From Peribolospora baueri (taxonomy: Eukaryota), in NCBI GenBank assembly GCA_029717555.1, contig JAMDHS010000015.1, forward strand, positions 124,001 to 188,000: a DNA stretch of 64,000 nt, given 5' to 3'. The translations under genes and the position numbers were made by a program. A model generated the notes under the pieces. The model had not been told where the DNA came from, did not search any database, and saw only the letters and a list, made by a program, of their open reading frames with translations. Shown piece after piece: positions 23,616 through 37,641 of this stretch (positions are counted from its first letter, which is position 1; the number at the start of each line of letters is the position of its first letter).

Positions 23616-26600
23616 CTACCGTGCGCACGTCCGCCCGAGCGTGCTCAGCTTCAAACGGGCACGGACGGCCTCCATTCGCGCCCTTCCCCCTGCACCTTCT
23701 CCTGCCGCTGCCGTCTGAGGCTGGCCACCGGAACCATGCTCTAGGTCAAGCTCCTTCCCGCTCACTTGATCGTCCAGCGCTTTCGCCTCCTCCTCCTCCT
23801 CCTTGTACTCCCTCTCCAACTCGGCCTTCTCCTTATCTGCGCCCGACGCCGGCACATCTCCCAACTCCCCCTTCGCTTCTCCTTCCTCCGCAGCGACCAC
23901 GTTGTCCACGGACACACGCGCGGATCGAGCGGCCGGCACGGCGGGCGTGTTGGGCGCCGAAGAGCCGGATTGGTGGACGTTACGGACGAGCGAGTAAGAG
24001 CGGATAAAGAGGGCGACCTGGACGGGATGGAGGAAGAGCGGACAGGTGGACAAGGAGGAAATAGCAAATGCGATGAGCGCTCGTGACTTCGGCTGACCGG
24101 CCGCTGAATGGAAAGCACGGAGAGGTATGGAAGGAGTCGCACGATCAAACCGGCGGCGGTGACAGGAGCCATGACGACCCAGATCATCCTAATGCTCTCC
24201 GCGTAGGCGTGGATGACCTGCACGCGTACAGACTCGGGTTGGATCTGCGAGGGACAAAACGAGATGAAGTAGGTAGGGTAGGGTAGGGGAAGGTAGGTAG
24301 GTAGGGCCATGACCGATCATGAGCGGGCCGAGGTCGAAACGAGGAATCAACTTGAAACGAAGCGATGGGCAAAAACAGCAGTAAAAAAACCGGATCTACT
24401 CACGTTCACGAGGCCTCTCAAGTTCTGGCTCTCCCCCTTGCCCGATGCGCCGAGCGAGTATCCGACGATCTGGCTGACGCGCCTGCGCACCTCCGAGTCG
24501 AAGATGGCGCCGCCGATCGAGATACCCATCGTGCCGCCCAGGGAGCGAACGAGGGTGAAGGCGGCAGTGCTGGTAGCCATGTCACGTATCGGCATCGCGG
24601 CCTGGAGGGCTAGCAGCGGCGGTTGGAAGAGGCACTGCGGCGGTGAAGGGGAGGGTGTAAGTTCCGAGGCGAGAAGACGGGGACGGGACAAGGCAAGACA
24701 GGAAGAAGACTCACGCCGACACCGAAGGCGGCGATGGCCAGGAAGCCTTCCTGCTTTCCTAGGTTGCTTTTATCGTCCAATGTGGCCATGGTGGAGAATC
24801 CGATGGTCATCACGGTGAAGCCGACGAGGATGGTGGGCCTGTACTTCTTCGTCTTCGTCACAACCTGTCCGGAGATCATGGCGAGAATGGAAGCGCCGAG
24901 GGAGAAGGGGAACATCTGGACGCCGGACATGAGGGCGCTCCTGCCGTATACGCCTTGGAAGAAGATTGGCATGTAGTCTGTGTGGTTGGAAGAAGGGACG
25001 GGGCGGGGTACGAGGGAACGGACATGAACCGCATGAACCGGCTAAGGACGGCCAGGTCTCCGTCCATACCCGGCGCGTCCGTGCTCTCCTCGCGATCCAC
25101 TCACAAGTGCCGGCGAAGAAAGCGAGAGCGTGGCAGAGAGCGGAGACGAGCACGGCGACCGTGGTCCTGTTCTTGAAAAGGCGAGGAGGGAAGATAGGGT
25201 TACGCTTGGTGTAGCTCTCCCAGATCCCGGCGGCAATGAAGGTGCAGCCGCCGACGGTGACGAGTGAGATGGTCTGAGCGTCGGACCCTGGGGGACGGGT
25301 TGGGGGAAGAAGCAAAAGGGGGGTAGGGGTAGTCAGAAGATCGCGCCCGATGCGGACACATCGAAGGCCAACTCGAACACGCACAAGTGACGCTCTCAGC
25401 GTGCGAGAAGCCCACGAGGAGCAAAACGACGGCTGCAATGATGAGGAAGAGGCCGAAAAAGTCGAAGCGCCCGATGTAGTAGCGGATGGGCTTGCGCTCG
25501 ATAGGGTTAAGGTGGAGGAAGAAGAAGAGGCACAAAAAGGCGGCGCCTCCCGTGGGGAGGTTGACGAAGAAGCTGAGATGACAAGGGAGGACGAGGACAA
25601 ACAACGAAGATGAGCTTTCCGTCATACACACGAACCGGTGATCTGTGTGCAGTCGATCACATACCACCATCGCCAGGTGACGTGCTGAGAAAGGGAGGAA
25701 GAGACGAGTTAGCCTCCAAGCCAGCAGGCGCGTCGCGCAAGGACGCTTCCCATTCGCTCGCGATGGCGGGAAGACTCACGTCGGTGAAGACGCCTCCCAG
25801 CAAAGGTCCGAGCACGCTCGAGATGCCCCACGTGGCACCTAGGAGGCCGGCGTACTGACGCGGCAGAACGGAGAAGGCAGGAGTGGAAAATTGGAAAATT
25901 AGAAGGTGAAGAGAACTGGGTGGGAGTTTAGACTGAGAGAATGCGAAAACTTACCTTCCCGCGATCTTCCAGGGACACTATGTCCGAGATAGTGATCTGC
26001 GCAAAGGAGAGGAAGACGAAGGTGAGCGATGAAAAACCGACACCTGTGTCTCGTGAGCGGAGCGAGGGTCGACGTTGGACCGTGCGAGATGACGGACCTG
26101 GATCATGCTGATGATGCCACCTCCACCAACGCCCTGTACGCCTCTACAGATGATGAGCCAGGTCATGTTCTGAGCAGCGCCGCACATGGCCGAGCCGAAG
26201 AGGAAGATGACAATGGCGGCGAACAGGCATGGCTTGCGGCCTATGATATCGGAGACGGTGCCATAGAGGGGAATGAGAGAAGTGGAACAAAGGAGGTAGG
26301 CCGAGCCGACCCAGGAGTAGCCCGAAGCGCCGTTGAACTCGCCCACGATGGTGGGAAGTGCCGTCGAACTGTTTCGTGGCGAGAGCGTAGGGGAAGAAGG
26401 GCGACATTCGGGTGTCATTCCCATCAGCGACACTTACAGTGCCTTCTCATAGCCTTCCGTCGCCCCTGGTCCCATTGCGGCGGACACTCACACGATCGTC
26501 TGATCCAAAGCGGCCAGCTGATGGGACGGGCATGAAAATATGGAGACGACGGGAGGGTGAGGGCTCGGCGGAGGAAGGAAAAGAGACGAAGGAAGCCGTA

Positions 26601-26987
26601 CCGGCAAGCCTGAGGCGGACGGAGGACGGAAGCGGAGAAGAAGCTCACGAAAACGGTCAGCATGAGGCTGGGAAAGACGATCCACATGTTGTTCTCCGGC
26701 AGGATATGCTCGTCCTCTTGGAGCCAGGCTCCCCTTTTACCCTTCTTGCCACGCTTGGAAGGGTCGGCGGGCGCCTCGGACGCCTCAGGAGCCTTGCTTG
26801 GGGGCATGTGCGCAGCAGGGGGGACAGGAATAGCGGTGTCTGCGGTGGGAGTATCGTGGGTGCCCGCCAGAGAGGAGGGGGCGGTGGTGGAGGGGCATTT
26901 CTCGTCGACCTCTTGCTCAGGGCGTGCGAGGGCGCCCGAGGGTACCGAATCTGGAGGCGACTGGAGGGCGGAGGCCGCGTCGGACAT
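23616..26987 (-). CDS. MFS transporter, DHA2 (14-TM drug:H+ antiporter) family
   Basis: Multi-exon: '[85 protein letters not shown]', '[14 protein letters not shown]', '[12 protein letters not shown]', 'YMPIFFQ', '[13 protein letters not shown]', '[11 protein letters not shown]'. Confidence 0.95.
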
Positions 26988-28392
26988 GGCTGTCACCGGC
27001 GAGGTGTGTGGAGGAGATGGTGGTGAGGGGAATGGAGGAGGAGGAGGAAGAGGAAGAGGGGAGGGGTTAAAAGCATGAGCCTTAGATGAGCAACGAATGT
27101 CTGCCGAATTTTATGTGCCTTGCTGCGTTGCTTATCTCCGCATTCGGATTAGCCGACGCCATCTTATCCGCCTCGGCAGGCCCTGGCCAGCCCCCCCCCG
27201 CACATCTCCGCCCGCATCGCCGTTACGTCCGGGGCCAGGCCGTCCATCGCCGCCTATGCCCGCATTCTTCTCGCCTCGCCCCCGCCCATCGCCGCCTGCG
27301 ACCGTCGGGCTCCGGCCGGCGCTGCACGAGCCACCACGGCGGCCGCCTCGATCGCGGACAAGTAGGAAGAAGAAAAGTAGGACATAACGAAAGAAGGATG
27401 GCCGGCAAGGCAAGAGCACGGTGAGCACCGCACCTTTCCATCTCCCTCGCTCGTCCGTTTCTACAGCGTGCGATGGGAGAGGGGAGACACACACACACAC
27501 AGACAGTCGGACGGACAGGCAGAGGCGGGCAGAACGACACCGACGAGGCCGACCGAGCTGAGCGAGCTGACTCTCTTGCCCTCCCTCCGTCTCCCCGACT
27601 CAGCACAATTCTGGTCAAGCTCGTCTCGGCAGCCCGGACGGGCTTCTTTTACACTCGCTCACGACCCCGAACCGCGCCCAAGCTGTCTCTCATGAAGTAC
27701 GATCCCAGGGGTAAGTCTCTCCGTTGCCTCGGACCCTCGTGTGCTCGTCTCATCTGAACGGACGGACAGACGGACGACGGATGGGCTGGCTGACCGCTTC
27801 CTTCCCTCGCTCGACTCCCCCTTCTTCCTCCGTTCACCCTTCACACCACAGTCAAGCGCCATGTCCTCTTCACCGAGCAAAAAATGAAGTGAGCCTGATT
27901 TTCGGACCGACCCACCGTCCCCGTCCGTCGCAACACAACGACCAGACCAGGCACGCGGCCGTCCAGCGTCCTCGCTCGTCCACGCCTTCTTGCACCCTCG
28001 TCACTGCGCGCTTCAGCCCCCCCTCATGTAAAGTACTGTAAACAGCAGCTGGCAATAACGCTTTGGTCGCGGCGAGACGACAGACCGCACGTGCCTTCGT
28101 CATCGAATGCGAGGAGGTCATGTCGGATTCGGGTCCGCCGCCGCCGAAATGCGATGGATAAGAGGTGTGCAAACGTGAGGATGACCATGACACCGCGACA
28201 CGCACGACGCACACGGACGGACGGACGGGCGGGTCGGGAAGGACAAGGGTTCGTGGTGTCGGATAAAAAGGGAAGAGGACTTTGTACCACTGGTCGTTCG
28301 ATTCTTGCTTCCTTCTCGAATCGAGGTGCTGGCGCCGGCGTCGAGATTGAGCACGCTCTACTCGACTCCTCTCCTCGCCCTCCTCGCCACCC

Positions 28393-28417
28393 TCTCTCTC
28401 TCTCTCTCTCTCTCTCT
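28393..28417. repeat. (CT)n microsatellite
   Basis: Direct read; intergenic. Confidence 0.9.
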
Positions 28418-28837
28418 TTTTAGCAGCAGCCTGCGAGAATCCCCATGCCATTACCAAACAAAACCAAAGACGACGGGCGGAGAACTGGAGAGCAGGGAGA
28501 ATGGGGGGACACGAACCGAGGCTGGTATGGTATCCGATCCAGTCATATCCGCCCTTACAAAAACGGAACGGAACGAACGGAGCAGACGTGCGTAGGTTGT
28601 ACACGGCGCGCCGAGGGGGACTGGGAGGGGGGGGAGAAACAGGACAGGACAAAACAAAACGGGACGGGACAACGACGTTCAACGACCGAGCAGAAGACGA
28701 CGATGGGAGAGGAGAAGGGAGGAAGGGAAGGAGGGAGGGAGGGAATAGAAAGCGAGACAGGATGAAAGAGGAGGGTATCGATAGAGTTGGGATGCCCAGT
28801 TCGCTTTTCACGCTTCTCGCACGGTCAACTAGCTCGT

Positions 28838-31800
28838 CTATGCAGAGATCTCGCCAGACGGCCGCCGTGCTGGAGCGGAGACGGGCATCGAGCTCGCTTC
28901 GGGCCCAGGAACGGGCTCGGATGCAGACGCGGACGCCGGTGCTGGGGCATCGGCGGGCGCTGAGGCATCCGCTGGGGCATCCGCTGAGGTATCCGCAAGG
29001 GTATCCGCGGGGGCATCCGCTGAGGCATCCGCTGAGGTATCCGCTGAGGCATTGGCGGGGACGGGAGTGGGAGTCTCAGAGGATCCTTGTCGGACAGCTG
29101 TCGACATCATACATCAAGGGTTGGTCAGCCATCTCCTTCGCCGCTATCCCGCATCGTCTGGGTTGTGCCCGCGTTCCCGGCGCTGCACCGCCACGATCCT
29201 GGCTCTGCTATCCAACCCACTCACCTCCGCCCTCGTTGGCCGCCGTCTCGAGAGGGGCCGCAAAAGGCGTCTCGCTGGCGTGTGCGCTCGACGTGACGGA
29301 AGAAGGCGCGGCGGAAGAAAACGTAGAGCTGGCGACCGTTTTGGTCGCCTTATCCGCCGAGACGCCCGAACTGATCGACGCGGCCTTGGCAGCGGGCGAC
29401 TGGGACGACTGCGCGGAGGCGGGGGTATCAAAGATAGCGGCGGCGTTGTTGAGGAGATCCTCGAAGGTGGCGTCCTTGGCGGGACGAACGAGCGACGGAG
29501 GAAGAGAGACCAGAGAAGGAGAAGATCAGCACAAAAGGTCGTGACCGCTCTTCACTCGCAGGACGACGCCAAGGAGAAAGCATTGTCACCCACCTTGCTG
29601 GCCTTCATCTGCACCTCGAGGGGGGTTTCCGTATCTTCTCCGAAGATGACGGGCGCGAAGACGAGGCTAATGTTGGTGACAGACATCTTGTTCTCACCCT
29701 CTTGCGCGGCGACCCGGGTGAGATGCTCGACGATCGCCATGAGAGTCGTGTGGTTCACAGCAGGCAAGCGCCGGATCTTGCCTTTAAGCACGGCCAGACG
29801 CTCCGACGGCTCTACGGCGAGGCGATCCTCGATGGGGAAAGCGAAGACTGGCACGGGAAGCTGTCTCAAGTACTTCCATCGACGCATTCGGGAACGAGGA
29901 GTGGTTGGCGGTCAGCTTGGGTCCGCTCTCCCATCCGTCCTCCGAACGCTGAACGGACTCACATATTTGAGAACGCCCGCCACAGTCCAGACGTCGACGT
30001 CCTTCGGATCGAACTGGAACGTCTCTTCGTCTTTCTCGATCACCCGCACAAGCTGCGAGCCAGGACGAAGAAGGGGAGACGTACGCTCTTATTTACTCGC
30101 TCAACGGGGAGAGAAGAGAAAGAAGAGAAGCCACATACGTTCTCCAAGCTCGAATGCTTGGCCGAAATGCGGTAGATGCCCTCCGCGGTCAATCCTGCAC
30201 CACGCATCGACACACTCAGTTGAGTCCGAGCAAAGTAGTACAGAAATCGAACGAACAACTCGACTCGAGCTCACCCCTTGCATCCACATATTCGATGCAC
30301 TTGGTCACGATCAGCGGCGGTCGACTGCCGCTTCCGCGATTGAACGCGTAGTCGTTCAGCGAAACGCCCTGTCAGATAAGGGACCCGAAGTCATTAGCAG
30401 GCAAACTCCAGAGTCTGAAGCTTCGAACAACCTCGGCGGCGCACAAAGATGAGGTTCTTGCATGGGCCGACGTAGTAGTTGTTGTAGAGTACAGTCTCTT
30501 CCGCGACCGCATCTTCTCTGGGCAAGGTGGCCGCGAATCGTTGATCTGTAGCAAAGCGAGCGACAAAGATGTGATCAGTCTCCAGGAGGCTCAGCAACGC
30601 CTGTCATACCACAAGAGTGACTCACTCTCCACCTCGTGATTGACGACCTTCTGGAGGACGTCCTCGACGTGCTCGAACAACTGACCGCCCCGATCGGACC
30701 CAATTCGACAACTCATCTCAGCTCGCCAAGAATGGAACAGTTCCGCTCGTCTGCAAGCGTAGCGTATCAAAAACGCCAAACGCACCTTCTGCTGCGTCGC
30801 CGAGTTGCTCTCGGCCATCCTCGCGCACTCGGCGAAGAGCCTCTGGGCGGTGCTGGTGAGTTCACATCGGAGCTCGACCACGCTCTTGTAGGCCGCTTCG
30901 TACGTCTTCTCTCGGCGGAGGCGGAGAGTCTCGAGCTTGAAAACGCCCTCGCGGTAGGCTTTGTCTGTTTGACAGGGAACGGGAGTCAGAGATCGTCGAG
31001 TTCGGGGAATATGCGAAAACGAGGTGTTTCACACTCCCACATCGTCCAGGAGCACTTCACTAACCCGCCTCTTCAGCCTCCCGCTTAGCCTTGACGCCCT
31101 TAAGTGCCTGGGTATTTGCCTTTATGCTAGAGCTACTGCTCAAATTAGTCGCGACGCTTCCCCCACCCCCCTCCTTGCCCATCCCCGCCCCGCCACCTTT
31201 CTCACCCCCATGTTTGTCCCCACCGCCGTCCCTGAACCTGCCAATGAATGCGTTGAGCTTTTGCTGAGGCACGGAAAAATCTCGCGTCTTGAGTGCGTGA
31301 AGCATCTCCCTTCCACCCGTTCCGGAAGCCGGTCCTGCTCCAGTGGGAGTGGTAGGAGGGACTTCGGTTCGTCGAGGTGGGATGGGCGGGGGCACGCCAT
31401 GAACGGCCGCCGGTGACGGAAGCCCACTTGAGCCAGGCACACCGGTGCTCTGGGTAGCAGCGGGTGAGGGGAACACCGGCACACCGGTCCCAACAGCACC
31501 TTGTAGGTCGGTGGGTGCGGGCGCCTCACCTTGTTGTTGCAGTTGCTGAAGGTACGTGTCCGCACTGCAGCTAGGCTGGGTCGAAGAGGCCCGTGGCACC
31601 TGGTTCAAGCCCGCGCTAACAGGCCGCTCAGCCCCCGGTGTTCCTTTCCCGGGACTGGTAGCACTATCAGCAATGCCAGCGCTCTTAGACCTCGTCATGC
31701 TGGTGGTACCAGCCTGTGCGTGCTGCTGCGGGGAGACTGGCGCTGTAGACGACCAATTCGAATGAGCCGCATTGGAGGAAGAGAGAAGACGCTGTTGAGC

Positions 31801-32658
31801 CTCTACGGCCTCGGACTGCAGTCGGATCTGTTCTCGTAGCTGCTCATAGTCCTCGCATCTGCGCCAGTAGGTCCGATAGAGGCGCGGCAGAGTCGTGTTG
31901 CGCATTTCGGTGTACCCGAGAGCCGAGATCTGTATGAGAAAGAAGGTCCTGGTACAATGAGCTCGGTAATGTACGTTTCTGGGGACGTGCTGGATACCTC
32001 ACCCTCAGATCCTCTTTTACTCGCTGGCAGGAGCAGATGTGAAGGTCGACAGGAGGTCAACGGGCCGAGAGTGCGGTCTCTACACAGAGACAAACGAGCG
32101 TTTACCTTTCTCGTGCGTTCCTGTGTATCCCGGAAGGAAGCCAGAGGCGCAATAACGGTCTCTTTCAAACTGTGAATAAAGTGCCCACGCGTCTCCGCCT
32201 CTGCGAGCGAGGTTGAGCGAGACGTTGCGCGTTCGCATTGGAGCGGACGGAGGGGAGTGTGATGGACGGAGGTGAGATGCGTACAGCGCGCGCCAACCAA
32301 ACCAGCGCTTACTGACCTCTCTCCATGTTCTCCCTCATCTCTCTCCACGCCTTGCGCAGCCCAGGAAGGTCATCTCCCCGGTTGACCTTGCTGTTGAAGC
32401 ACGGAGAGCCACGACGAAATCAGTCGCGAGCGGCATCCTTCCCGGAGGAACGAGCGGCACTTACGCGTCGATCTTGAAGTCATGTTCCCTCTGCCTCAAT
32501 GCGAGCCGGCGGAGGTTATCGATGTAGTCCTCCTCGATCTTTACCCTGCTCTCGAAGAGCTGGACGTACGAGTCGGCTTCTGCGACGACGTCTTTAAACA
32601 GGTCGAGGAGATCCGCGTTGGGGTGATCGAGCGACTTGCGCGCGGGTAAGAGATCCAT
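28838..32658 (-). CDS. F-BAR (FCH) plus RhoGAP protein, Rgd1-like
   Basis: N-terminal FCH-like 'YVQLFESRVKIEEDYIDNLRRLA' and coiled segments. The RhoGAP part reads 'GLTAEGIYRISAK' (arginine finger), 'KYLRQLPVPVF', 'RLPAVNHTTLMAIVEHLTRVAA..NKMSVTNISLVFAPVIF'. An Ala/Asp-rich tail runs to the stop at 28838. Confidence 0.9.
28957..29052. repeat. Coding minisatellite, 8 x 12 bp (consensus CCGCTGAGGCAT), in the RhoGAP tail
   Basis: Direct read; encodes A/T-S/P/L-A-D tetrapeptides on the minus strand. Confidence 0.92.
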
Positions 32659-32938
32659 GGAAGCAATTCCTTCCCTGTATGTCCGTCCGTCCGTCCGTCC
32701 GTTCACCTTTGTTGTAGAGACGAGAAGAAGGGAAAGGTGTGGGAACGTCAACGAGAGCGATGTTCACGATGGTTACCTAGCTCGTTGTCGACGCCCGGGT
32801 GAGTCGATCGAACGCGTGTCAGGTCACGGCTGCGGCAGACTGCGGCGCACGCGTCCGAGCGATCGGCGACTTCATTTTGTGATTCTACCAAAGACATCTC
32901 ATCTCCTACGCACGTATCCTTTCTTCACCTTGACCGAC

Positions 32939-34271
32939 ATGGCCAAGAAGGGAAAGCAGCGCGCTCAGGCGCCCAATCCGAGTGCAATTCCCAACGCAGA
33001 CCAAGCGCATCGAATCAACTTTATGTACCAGGCCGCCGCTTACTTCTCCACCTTGCCACCGAGCGCCGCCGAAGCCGCCGAAGCCGAAGGAGAGAGCGCC
33101 GGCGAGCCTTCTTCATCTACTCTCGCCGTCTGCGCTCAGGGAGACGACTCCTGGCGCGCAAGGAGGCCAAGGCGTTCGAAGGAAAGGACGAAAGAGGTAT
33201 CGCCGTTTGCGCTTGGCACCAGCATGGCAAGGTCGATTCGAGAGGTGGCTCAGAAGGTGGTGATGCGGGTGTGAGTATGAGCACGAGCCTTCTTCGAGCT
33301 GCGGTTATGGCTCGAGCAGCTCATGGATGAACCGCATCTTGCTTTCCTTTGCTTGCCGGTTTCTCTTTTGTCTTTCCTCTTCGGCAGGGACCCGTCCATC
33401 AAGCGCTCCATCTGCAAGCGCTGTCAAACCGTACTCATTCCCGGCCTTACGTCGTCCGTGCGCGTTCTGCGTGAGTGCAAGCTTCTCTTCGAAAGCCGGC
33501 CTTCTACGTCCCATCGCGTAATCAACCTAACGATCCCATCTCGTCCATCCATCCATTCATCTACCTCTTCCACTCCTTCCATCCCTCCCAGCGTCCAAGG
33601 CACACGCCCACTGGATCTACCAGACCTGTCACACGTGCTCGTACCGCCGACGCCTCCCCGCCCCTCCGACCAGCCAAGATCCCTTGGCCACTTCACTGTC
33701 AGGGCAACTGGCTTCGTCGTCGGATGTGGAGTTGCTGTGTCGGGAGGCGCGAGAGAAGGAGCGGAGGAGGGGTGTGTCGGCGGGGAAGAAGGAGGCCCAT
33801 GGTCGCGCTCACGGCCATGCTGGGGAGGAGGGACGTGGGAAGCAAGGCGGGCCGGAAGAGGAGGGAAGAGGAATGGACATTGACGTCGGCATTGCCTCCG
33901 TATCTTTGCCCGGACCCCACTCATCGTCCGACCCACTACAAGCAACACAACCGCCACCTCCAGTTCCGAGAGCGTCAATAGCACCAGCACCAGCACCAAC
34001 ACCAGCACCAACACCAACATCAACACCAACGGCAACAGCAGCGACAGCAGCAACGGCAGAGCCAAGCGCCGCCCCGAAAAAGCTCTCCCAACGCGCCCGT
34101 CGACGCGCCCATCGACGCGCCGCCCGCCTCCGCGCGAAACACCTGCGCGAGGTAGCCAAGCTTCGGAGGATGGCCCGGCGTTCTGCTACGCGCGATGGGG
34201 AAGGCGAAGGCGAGGGCGAGAGCGAAGGTGAGGGCGAGGGTGGTGGTGAGGGCGGAGGGGAGAAGGCATAG
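32939..34271 (+). CDS. RPR2: RNase P subunit Rpr2/Rpp21 family protein with long C-terminal extension
   Basis: 'HRINFMYQAA', 'IREVAQKVVMRV|DPSIKRSICKRCQTVLIPGLTSSVRV', and third exon 'WIYQTCHTCSYRRRLP': two CxxC zinc-ribbon pairs. Confidence 0.9.
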
Positions 34272-34816
34272 ACTCGAATTTCAATGACAACGCTTCACGA
34301 CGTATTTCCAATCGTGCGATCAAACCGACGGAGCGAAGGCGGAGGCGAGAGACTTCCGTCCGTCCGTCCATCTATCCATCCAAACTGACGAGTCACACCC
34401 GGTCGGTCTGGTCTGGCACGGCGACCATGTGCGTGCGATGCGTGCAAATCGTGAATTCGTAATCATGAATACCATTCCGAAAGAGGCGAAGTGGAGGAAA
34501 CTAAGAAAGGAGGGGAACGAAAAGACAAAGAGGGAGGGTAGGAGTTGGTTACTGGACTGGATTTGAGTGCCTGCATGGAATGGGGGCTTGGGGAGGGGGA
34601 CGATCTGAATGTGCCGTGTTCCGGTATTTGGGGTGGGACCCTGGGTGCTAGGGGGATTGCAGTGGGAAGGAAAGGAGAGAGAGAAGGGGGGGAAGCCAAG
34701 GATAGGCGGACGGAAGCAGCGCCTTGTCGTTCTGTGGCCAAAAGTGAGAAACGGACCTGGTAGAGTAGGCTGACTAGAAGCGAAGACTGGGAACGCGGCG
34801 CAGGGCGGCGCCGGGC

Positions 34817-37641
34817 TTAGTACCTCCCGCCGCCACCGCCGGTGACCCTCGAGACTGCGAAGACGCCAATGATGACGACGCCGAGGAAGCCGATGCTGGC
34901 GGGGAGGAGGAGGTCTTTGGGTATGACGCCAAAGACGAGCTCCTGATCCACCACGTCCTCCTTCGCCCCGCCCTTGTCCTTGCCCCTCTTCCCACTTCCC
35001 TCGCCCTCCTCGCCCTCCTCCTCCTCCTCCTCCGCAACGCTCTTCAAAGCAGCCTCCTTGGCCGCCTTCAAGCTCTTCGCGTGCATCTCCCCCGTCCGCG
35101 CTTTCTCCGCCTCCCATCCCTTCCCGCCCTGCACATACAGAATCACCCGGTCCTTGCCCTGCGCACGCGCGACCTTGACCGCGTCCCGTACGTCGTCATC
35201 GGCGGTGATGAGCACCATGTCCCCGTCGTCGTCCGTGTACGCAAGCTGAAAGTCGTTCGGGTCCGGCCCCGTCGCCGGTACCGCGGCCGTCGAGGGGGGC
35301 GGGGCCGTGGGTGCGTCGAGGTCGGAAGCGGGAGGCGTTGGAGGCACGCCCGTTGCGCCCGGACCCGCGGTAGCGGCGGCGCTGGCCTCGGCAAAGAAGG
35401 GATCGCCGACGAGCTTGATGGCGACAATCTCGCGGATGTTCTCAAAGTTGTCGTACCGCGCCGAGAACCGGTGCGTCCTGCCGGAGGGGGTGACAAACTT
35501 GAACAGGTACGTGCCGTCGTCGATCGGCACGCCGACGCCAGCGCCCATGCCCGTGCCGCCCCCGATGCTGCCGGCGACGCCGGACGCGGCCCCGCTGGCG
35601 CCAAGGAAGCCGCCCACATTGGAGTGGTCGTCGCCGACGACGGAAGCCGAGTCGTTCGGGTGTACTTCGCTCGCTGGAGAGCTGACGCCGATGGGGAAGT
35701 CGTGCAAGTCCCTCCCCGGGCGGAGCGGGGATTCGACGGGAGCGTCGTGCGCGCCAGTGTGTCCCGAGAGGGCCGACTCGGTGTCGGCGCCGTCGACCGC
35801 AGAGCCTTGGCCGAACGAGTTCCAGAAACGGTTCCACATGGGCCCGCCCGAGCCGGCGTCGCCGCTTTCCGAGCCCATCGAGTTGATTTGCTCCAACGTG
35901 GCGTAGGTTAGCTTAAGTACGTCCACCACGCCTACGAGGCGCTCGCTATCCACGACAGGAAGGTTGAGATAGTGACCGTCTGCAGACGAAAGGAAGAGGA
36001 GAACGGACAGAACAAATGAGAACCGATGTAGTGAGTGCCGGAAGGAACGGGCGACGACCCACCGTGCATCTTCCTCAAAGCGGCCTGAATGGTGAGCGAA
36101 GGTTCGGCGACGTCGGGATGGGGCGTCATGACCCTGACCACGCTGCAAGTGCGAGGGTCGAGGCCGGCGGCAATAACGCGCAGCACGACGTCCTTGGAGG
36201 TGAAGATGCCGGCGATCTTGCCCGACGGGATCTGTCCTCCTCCAGGTGGACCACCGACGGGACCGGATTCCATGACGCAGACGGCGGTGGTGTGGTGCTC
36301 GGCCATGAGCTTGGCGGCATCTTTGACGGTGGTACGCACGCCGACGGTGGCAGGGAGGGTGCGCGAGTCGAGGATGGTGGTAAGGTCGGGGATGCTCATC
36401 TTCTCCCTCAAAGCGTCGATGTACTGCATCATGGCAGCCTGAGGTCCACCGACGGCGCCCGTACCCCATTCGGTCTGCACGCCCTCGAGGGCATTGTAGA
36501 GCTTCTGAGATGAACCATGCGCACGTTCGAGCTTTTCGAGGGCTTCGTAGAACACTTTGGCAATGTCCAAAAGGCCGACGACATCGCCTTCTTCATTGCA
36601 GACAGGCTACGAGAAGACGCAAAGGGAAGTGAGAGTGAGATGAGGAAAAGGCGGGAGAAGGCAAGCGGCGGAGCGATTGTCATGTCTTGCGGTGAATGAG
36701 AGATGACTCACCAAGTGACGGAAGCCACGGGTGACCATGGTGTTGAGCGCATCGGTGGCGCTGGTCGTGTCGCGCGTCACCATGGGGTTACGGGTCATGA
36801 TAGCCGAGACGGGAGTGGACCGGGCGTCGAGGCCCTGGGCGACGACCTAAAGAGGGAACGAAGGAACAGATGCGTCAATGCTCGCCTCGGTATTCGCTCT
36901 CCAAGCCCTCGAGCCTGGGGAACCGAAGGAACAAACAGAAAACCCAAGTGGCGCGCTGGCGATGACGCACCCTGAAAGCCAAATCTTTGGCGGTGAAGAT
37001 ACCGCAGAGATGTTCGTCCTCATCCACGACGAGCACGCAGTCCGTCCTCTTGGCCGCACAGAGCTGGGAGGCGTCTGCGACAGAGATGTGAGACGGCACG
37101 GTGAGGGCGGGCAAGGGGCGAAGGGCGGAGACGGTGCCGGCGGCGGTGCGAGAAGTCTTTCGAGTGCGCTTGCTACCGCTTCCGTGGCCGGAGGAGGCGC
37201 CGCCGGTGTTGCGCTTCCGGGCCAGCTCGTTTTCGATCTTCTTGCGAATCGCCTAAAGAGTTAAGACATGGAGGATAAGAGATGTATCTACGCTGTATGT
37301 GCCAGCGGCGCTGGTCTCCACCTCTCCCCTGTTTCTTTGCTCACCTCATCCCTTTTGCTCTGCCTCTTTCTCGTCTCGCTCAAGCCGAGATCGGAGCCAT
37401 GGTCGCTCCTGCCAGAGTGGAGCGGGGAGCCACGGTAGGCAGACATGTCGTTCGGCTGACTGGTAAGAGAGACGGCGGGAGGCCGACGAGGACGAGAAGG
37501 GTGAGGAGGGGAGGAAGGGTCGACGGAGGGGGATGATGCAGAGGAGGGGAAGGCGAGGGAGGCGACGGGCGAGTGAGGACGATCGTCGAAAGATTCGCCG
37601 AACGTGCTCGCGGTGCGCGACCTGATTGGGATTTTAGACAT
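34817..37641 (-). CDS. CBS/PB1 domain protein with C-terminal TM helix (Mug70-like)
   Basis: 'ETRKRQSKRDE|AIRKKIE', CBS repeats 'LCAAKRTDCVLVVDEDEHLCGIFTAKDLAFR', 'MVTRGFRHL|P', 'IAGIFTSKDVVLRVIAAGLDP', PB1 'YLFKFVTPSGRTHRF..LAYTDDDGDMVLITADDD', and a hydrophobic tail. Confidence 0.93.

Noticed and set aside
28957..29052. Regular repeats as a CRISPR-like array
   Set aside because: Contiguous 12-mers without spacers, inside a eukaryotic coding exon.
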